A stretch of 39,124 bases of DNA from an uncultured bacterium (GTDB lineage Bacteria > RBG-13-66-14 > B26-G2 > WVWN01), in assembly GCA_964631855.1 (NCBI GenBank), contig CAZWAM010000005.1:17858-56981 (forward strand), read 5' to 3'. Position numbers and translations under genes: made by a program. Numbering within the stretch: position 1 is the first letter of the stretch; every line of letters starts with the position of its first letter. This document shows, one piece after another, positions 34,843 to 39,124 of the stretch. The notes under the pieces are model-generated. The model did no database searches, was not told the origin of the DNA, and worked only from the letters and a program-made list of their open reading frames with translations.

Positions 34843-36207
34843 ATGGTCTCCTTAACGCGCGGACCTGTGCGAGAAATCCTTTTTGTCGCAGCGTTCTTGG
34901 TAGCGACGTCCCTGGTGTGGGCGTCGTTTATAATTGTTATCGGCGGGTATCCGCTCCCGAGCGACCAGGCCGAGTACAGCCTTGCGGGCCAGAGGCTGGC
35001 CGCCGGCTTCGGCCTGACGGACCGGCGCGGCATGCCGTACGTACACACCCATCCGCCTTTTTACCCGATTTTTTTAGGCGCGGTTTACGCGTTGGGAGGG
35101 GGCGAGGCGGCGGTGCGGTGGGTACAGCTGGCGTTGGCGCTCCTCACCTTGATTTTAGTTTCCGTGACGGCGCGGCGCGTTTTCGGCGCCGGCGTCGCCC
35201 GGGCGACGCTGCTCGCGGGCGGCGCTTATCTCCCCACGGCCTTTTACGTCACGCTATTGCTATCCGAGGTGCTTTTCACGTTCTTTCTCGTATTGGGGGT
35301 TTACCTTTTACTCGCGGGATCGGAACGCGATCGCCGGGGGGGGTGGCTTAACCTGGTCGCCGGCGTCACGTTCGGCGTCGCGGGGTTGACGCGCGGCGTC
35401 GCGTTAGTGGCCGCTTTTGCAATTGCCGTCTTAATCTTGGCGAGAGGGGGGATTCCTGGGCGGCGGCGGTGGGTCCTGGCCGCGGCCTTCGCGGTAGGCG
35501 TCGCGACGGCGGTATTGCCGTGGGGCGCCTACGTTTACGGCAAGACGGGCCGCGTGGTGCTGGTGGATACGAAGAGCGCCCGGATCTTGCACCGCGGCAA
35601 CAACCCCGGCACGCCGTTACACCACGCCTGGGATATCGTTGACGGGACCGCCGAATACGTCGTCCCGCCGGAGGTCGTCGGCGCGGGTAACGTTTACGAT
35701 CGGTCTCGGGTCCTGGCTGCGGCGGCACTCGACTACATGGCCGCCCATCCCCTCCAAACCTTTCTCCGGTTCGGGTCGAAGTTCGCCGACATGTGGGAGG
35801 TGGAGCGGCTTTTCGTAGGCTGTTGGCGCCAGGGCTTACTCCCGAACGCGTCGGCGCCTTGGGTATATATCTTTATTGTGGCCGAGGTAGCGGCCTCGGT
35901 CGCGGCGCTCATGGTTTTTTGGGCCTCGGTGATATTAATGCCCAAGAGCCTCTGGCGGCGGCTCACGCTTGCCGTAGTGTTGTGTACGTCGTTCGCGTAC
36001 GCCATAACGATCGCGCACCCGCGGTACAACTACCCGCTGATGGTCCTCGGCGCGCCCGCCTTGGGGTACTTCTTCGCCGAGGTGGTCCCCCGTTTTAGGT
36101 TGGGTGCGTATTCCCGCCGGCGGCTAGCGCTCGCGGCCGGCGCCGTCGCGGTACTCTTGTTGATATGGGCGAGGATGGTTTGGCTGTACGTCACGCGCGG
36201 CAGCTAG
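34843..36207 (+). CDS. GT-C/ArnT (GT39-like) glycosyltransferase
   Basis: SDQAEY, HPPFYP.FL, LLSE, GNNP, HPRY. Confidence 0.82.
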   Translation: MVSLTRGPVREILFVAAFLVATSLVWASFIIVIGGYPLPSDQAEYSLAGQRLAAGFGLTDRRGMPYVHTHPPFYPIFLGAVYALGGGEAAVRWVQLALALLTLILVSVTARRVFGAGVARATLLAGGAYLPTAFYVTLLLSEVLFTFFLVLGVYLLLAGSERDRRGGWLNLVAGVTFGVAGLTRGVALVAAFAIAVLILARGGIPGRRRWVLAAAFAVGVATAVLPWGAYVYGKTGRVVLVDTKSARILHRGNNPGTPLHHAWDIVDGTAEYVVPPEVVGAGNVYDRSRVLAAAALDYMAAHPLQTFLRFGSKFADMWEVERLFVGCWRQGLLPNASAPWVYIFIVAEVAASVAALMVFWASVILMPKSLWRRLTLAVVLCTSFAYAITIAHPRYNYPLMVLGAPALGYFFAEVVPRFRLGAYSRRRLALAAGAVAVLLLIWARMVWLYVTRGS

Positions 36208-36251
36208 CCGTTTTGCGCGTTACTATGGATTGGGTTTAGTTTACAGGGTGG

Positions 36252-37601
36252 TTGCGAAATTTGGCGAGTACGGCGAAGTTTTTTTTGTTACTCGGCTTAG
36301 CCCTCGTCGTTCAGTTGGCCTTTGTCTTGGCCGTGGGCGACGGGCCGCTAAACGCCGACGAGACGGAGTACGTGAACGGGGCCAAGCGCCTCGCCGGTGG
36401 CCTGGGTCTTACGGCGCCGGACGGCCAGCTCTACGTCCACCGCCATCCGCCGGGATATGTAGCCTTCGTGGCGGCGATATTTTACGCGGGGGGCGGCGTA
36501 TTGGCGGTTCGGTTAGTGCAGGCCGTGGTCGCGGTCCTGACGCTGGCGGTGGCGTACGGAACGGCCCGGGAGGAATTCGGCTCGAGGACGGCGACAACCG
36601 CCTTGCTGGCCGGCGCGCTGTACCTGCCCGCCGCTTACTATTCTACCAAGGTATTAACGGAAGCGCCTTTCACGTTCGCGCTCGTCTTGGGTATATACCT
36701 GTTGGCGCGCGGGACGCGGGGCGCGCCGCGTTACCGGTGGCTCGCGTTCGCCGGCGTAACCTTCGGCGCCGCGGCCCTTGTGCGGTCGGTGGCGTTTCCG
36801 GCGGCGCTGGCGCTCACGGCGTACGTGGCGCTGGGGCGGGACGGCTCGAGGCGCGCGCGGCTGGCGGGGGCGGCGACCTTCGCCTGCGGCCTGCTCGTCG
36901 CGTTGGCGCCGTGGTCGGGGTATGTCTTCTCGCGGACCGGCCACGTAGTCGCGACGGACACGAACGGCTCGGCGGTGTTATATATTGGGAATAACCCCCG
37001 GGCGCCGTACCACCATACGTGGAAGGCGCTGGGTGACCCGGCGTGTTGCGCGCCGCTGCTCGAAGTGGCGGCCGCGGGCGAGGACGGCTTCCGCGTCGCG
37101 GCCGAGTACCGGCGGTTGGCTCTCGATTACATCTTTAAGCACCCGGCGCAGACGGCGCTCCGGTCCGCGGGCCGTTTTCTCGATATGCTCGAGCCGGAGC
37201 GCCTGTTCGCGGCGTCGTACGCCGCCGGCTTGATCCCGGGCTTACCGCGCGGCGCGGCCTGGCCGGTGGTCGCGCTCGAGCCGGCCGCGGACGCCGCGGC
37301 GCTCGTATTGTGCGCGTTGGGCTTGATGCTTATGCCGGCGGGGCGGCTGCGCGGCATCCTCGGTGTGTTGTTCGTCGTCGTCTTCGTCGTCCACGGCGCG
37401 ACGATAGCGTACCCCCGGTACCACGTGCCGCTGGTGTTGGCGGCGCTGGCGGCGGTGGGCTACGCGCTGACGGCGGCCTTGCCGGCGCTGCGAGCGCGAC
37501 GCTTGTCGAGGCGCCAATGGGCCGCCGTAATCGTCGTCGCCGCGGCCTTCCTTGCCTCCTGGACGCGGATGCTTTTGTTATACGTTATCCAGGGGGGCTA
37601 A
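36252..37601 (+). CDS. GT-C/ArnT (GT39-like) glycosyltransferase, tandem paralog
   Basis: ADETEY, HPPGY, LTE, GNNP, YPRY. Confidence 0.82.
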   Translation: MRNLASTAKFFLLLGLALVVQLAFVLAVGDGPLNADETEYVNGAKRLAGGLGLTAPDGQLYVHRHPPGYVAFVAAIFYAGGGVLAVRLVQAVVAVLTLAVAYGTAREEFGSRTATTALLAGALYLPAAYYSTKVLTEAPFTFALVLGIYLLARGTRGAPRYRWLAFAGVTFGAAALVRSVAFPAALALTAYVALGRDGSRRARLAGAATFACGLLVALAPWSGYVFSRTGHVVATDTNGSAVLYIGNNPRAPYHHTWKALGDPACCAPLLEVAAAGEDGFRVAAEYRRLALDYIFKHPAQTALRSAGRFLDMLEPERLFAASYAAGLIPGLPRGAAWPVVALEPAADAAALVLCALGLMLMPAGRLRGILGVLFVVVFVVHGATIAYPRYHVPLVLAALAAVGYALTAALPALRARRLSRRQWAAVIVVAAAFLASWTRMLLLYVIQGG

Positions 37602-37641
37602 TATAAATTTTAATGGGATTAAGAGTCCGGCTGCACGGAAA

Positions 37642-37714
37642 GTAAGGGCCGGTCTTCAGACCGGCCCGCGGCTGCACAAAGACCTACCGGGCCGACCTGA
37701 AGGTCGGCCCCTAC
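37642..37714. repeat. inverted pair of GTAG-type REP-like palindromes (REPIN-like)
   Basis: GTAAGGGCCGGTC-TTCA-GACCGGCCC and, on the minus strand, GTAGGGGCCGACC-TTCA-GGTCGGCCC. Confidence 0.65.
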
Positions 37715-37720
37715 GTAAAC

Positions 37721-37749
37721 AAAACCCGGCATGGCGGCCGGGTTTCTTC
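37721..37749. terminator. bidirectional terminator
   Basis: AAAACCCGGC-ATGGCG-GCCGGGTTTCTT. Confidence 0.65.
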
Positions 37750-37768
37750 TTCGGAGAACTCGGGCGGT

Positions 37769-37939
37769 TCATTCGCCCTCGGCGGGGGTCGGCTCGAGCG
37801 CGTCTTCGGGGACCCAGCCGCGGAGGCCGTCCGCGTTCAATACCTCTATGAAGCCGGGCTTAGAGCCGGCGACGCTCGTCGGTGCGTAGGCGAGGCCCGT
37901 CGAGGCGATAAAGCGGTCGATGCGGCGAGGCGGCGCGTA
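37769..37939 (-). pseudogene. 3' gene remnant, SH3b-like
   Basis: ...KPGFIEVLNADGLRGWVPEDALEPTPAEGE*; no upstream start. Confidence 0.45.
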
Positions 37940-38734
37940 TTATCGGAACAACGCTTTAACCCGGCCCACGGAGGCCGGCGTTACGGCCGGGTATAAGACG
38001 GGGCAGTGTATAATGAGTATGTGGGGGTCCGTAATGGTCCTGGAGTCAACCCAGAGGTATTCGCCGTAGTAGTCGCTGACGTACGGTACGTGCACGGCGG
38101 TGATCGGCGGGAACGACGTTATCAACGAGCCGCGGGTGTCGTAGGCGTAGTAATAAGGGTGTTGGCCGCTTCTCGGGATCCAAATAAACGCGTTGCCGTA
38201 GTCCCACGTGACGTCGGACCACGGAGTAGTTTCGGGTTTGAAGGAGTCGATAAAGCTACCCGTTGGCGTGTAACGCAAAACGTGGTTGCCGTAGATGCCT
38301 ATGACGACGCCCATCAGTATCGTTTTGATACCGCCCGGTTCGGCGCGCGTAGTTTCGAAATCGAAGTCCAAGCAGTATTGAGTAATTATAGGCATCGACG
38401 AATAAATACTGCCCGTCGCCTCGTCGCAGCGGTGGAGCCACACGGGCGCTAAGCCTTGGTTGTGCATCCACAAGTACTGGCCTCTCTCGAAAGCTAAGCC
38501 GCGGATGGTGCCGCTGACGGCCGGTTTGTACGAGCTGACGATCTTCCCCGTCCAACGCTCGAGGCGGTAAAGGTAGAACGGGCCCGTGGAGTAGGCGTAT
38601 AAATAACGGTCGCCCACGGCTAAGGCGTAAACGTTTCCAGGGGGCGTTCGGTACGAGGCGACTATCTCCCCCAAATAACCGCACGCCCCGCCGGCGGCTG
38701 CTAACAGGATACCCAACGCTATCGCTTTTTTCAT
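37940..38734 (-). CDS. secreted repeat (probable beta-propeller) protein with C-terminal PASVGRVKALFR tag
   Basis: AGGAGG SD; signal peptide; five G-[S/E/K]-I-V/Y-x-S-[F/Y]-like repeats. Confidence 0.82.
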   Translation of the reverse strand: MKKAIALGILLAAAGGACGYLGEIVASYRTPPGNVYALAVGDRYLYAYSTGPFYLYRLERWTGKIVSSYKPAVSGTIRGLAFERGQYLWMHNQGLAPVWLHRCDEATGSIYSSMPIITQYCLDFDFETTRAEPGGIKTILMGVVIGIYGNHVLRYTPTGSFIDSFKPETTPWSDVTWDYGNAFIWIPRSGQHPYYYAYDTRGSLITSFPPITAVHVPYVSDYYGEYLWVDSRTITDPHILIIHCPVLYPAVTPASVGRVKALFR

Positions 38735-38944
38735 CTCGGTCCCTCCTAGAAGTATTTTCGACCACGAAGAATATAATATCATTTTTTAGAATTATTGGCA
38801 AGTTTTGCGCGGCGTTTCCGTTGCAGTTCGGCTTAGGCTTTATCCCTCCCCCGTTACGACGTTGGCGGGGGTGAAGGCGAGGGCCGCGGGGGCGGTCATT
38901 GCCCAAGCAATAAAAAACTTAGTTAATTCGACCGTCCTTTCGCA

Positions 38945-39124
38945 TCAGACCTTCTTCGAGAATTCGCACGTGTTCTTACGCTTCTTCGAAAACTCGAACA
39001 AGCCGCCGGCGGTTACACGCGACATAGTTTCCTCCTCCTCCAAATGGTGGTCGCTGAAGGACAACGTTCCTCCCGGCTTCATTACGCGACGAAGCTCTCG
39101 CAGTACGGCCTCCGGGTCCCCGAG
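38945..39124 (-). CDS. class I SAM-dependent methyltransferase, 3' part (truncated by window edge)
   Basis: LGDPEAVLRELRRVMKPGGTLSFSDHH...KKV*. Confidence 0.8.
   Translation of the reverse strand, partial: LGDPEAVLRELRRVMKPGGTLSFSDHHLEEEETMSRVTAGGLFEFSKKRKNTCEFSKKV

Overview
GC-rich bacterial chromosomal window. PorV-like barrel, T9SS-type C-terminal domain and sigma70 promoters suggest an FCB-related lineage (inference only). Housekeeping content: selD encoding selenocysteine at an in-frame TGA, ruvCAB-pyrE, valS, a MEMO1/AmmeMemoRadiSam-B gene and initiator tRNA-Met. Envelope content: a wbpB/D/E/I-like 2,3-diacetamido-uronate cluster with a GT4, five GT-C-type membrane glycosyltransferases, two Thr-type membrane sulfatase-fold paralogs and several secreted or lipid-anchored beta-propellers. 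No integrase, transposase, rRNA or CRISPR was seen. Most notable: (1) two dissimilar secreted proteins share a 15-aa C-terminal tag AV[S/T]PAS[L/V]GRVKALF[K/R], absent from a lipoprotein of the same repeat family, a candidate short sorting signal; (2) a complete ribosome-mediated attenuator (leader peptide with six tandem Val codons, antiterminator, terminator) upstream of valS; (3) elements missed by the ORF track: a 50-aa DUF2292-like gene with a perfect operator palindrome, an HTH frame broken by TGA, a GT-C gene needing a non-canonical start, two gene remnants and a REP-like pair. Family assignments come from motif recognition by eye, not from database searches.
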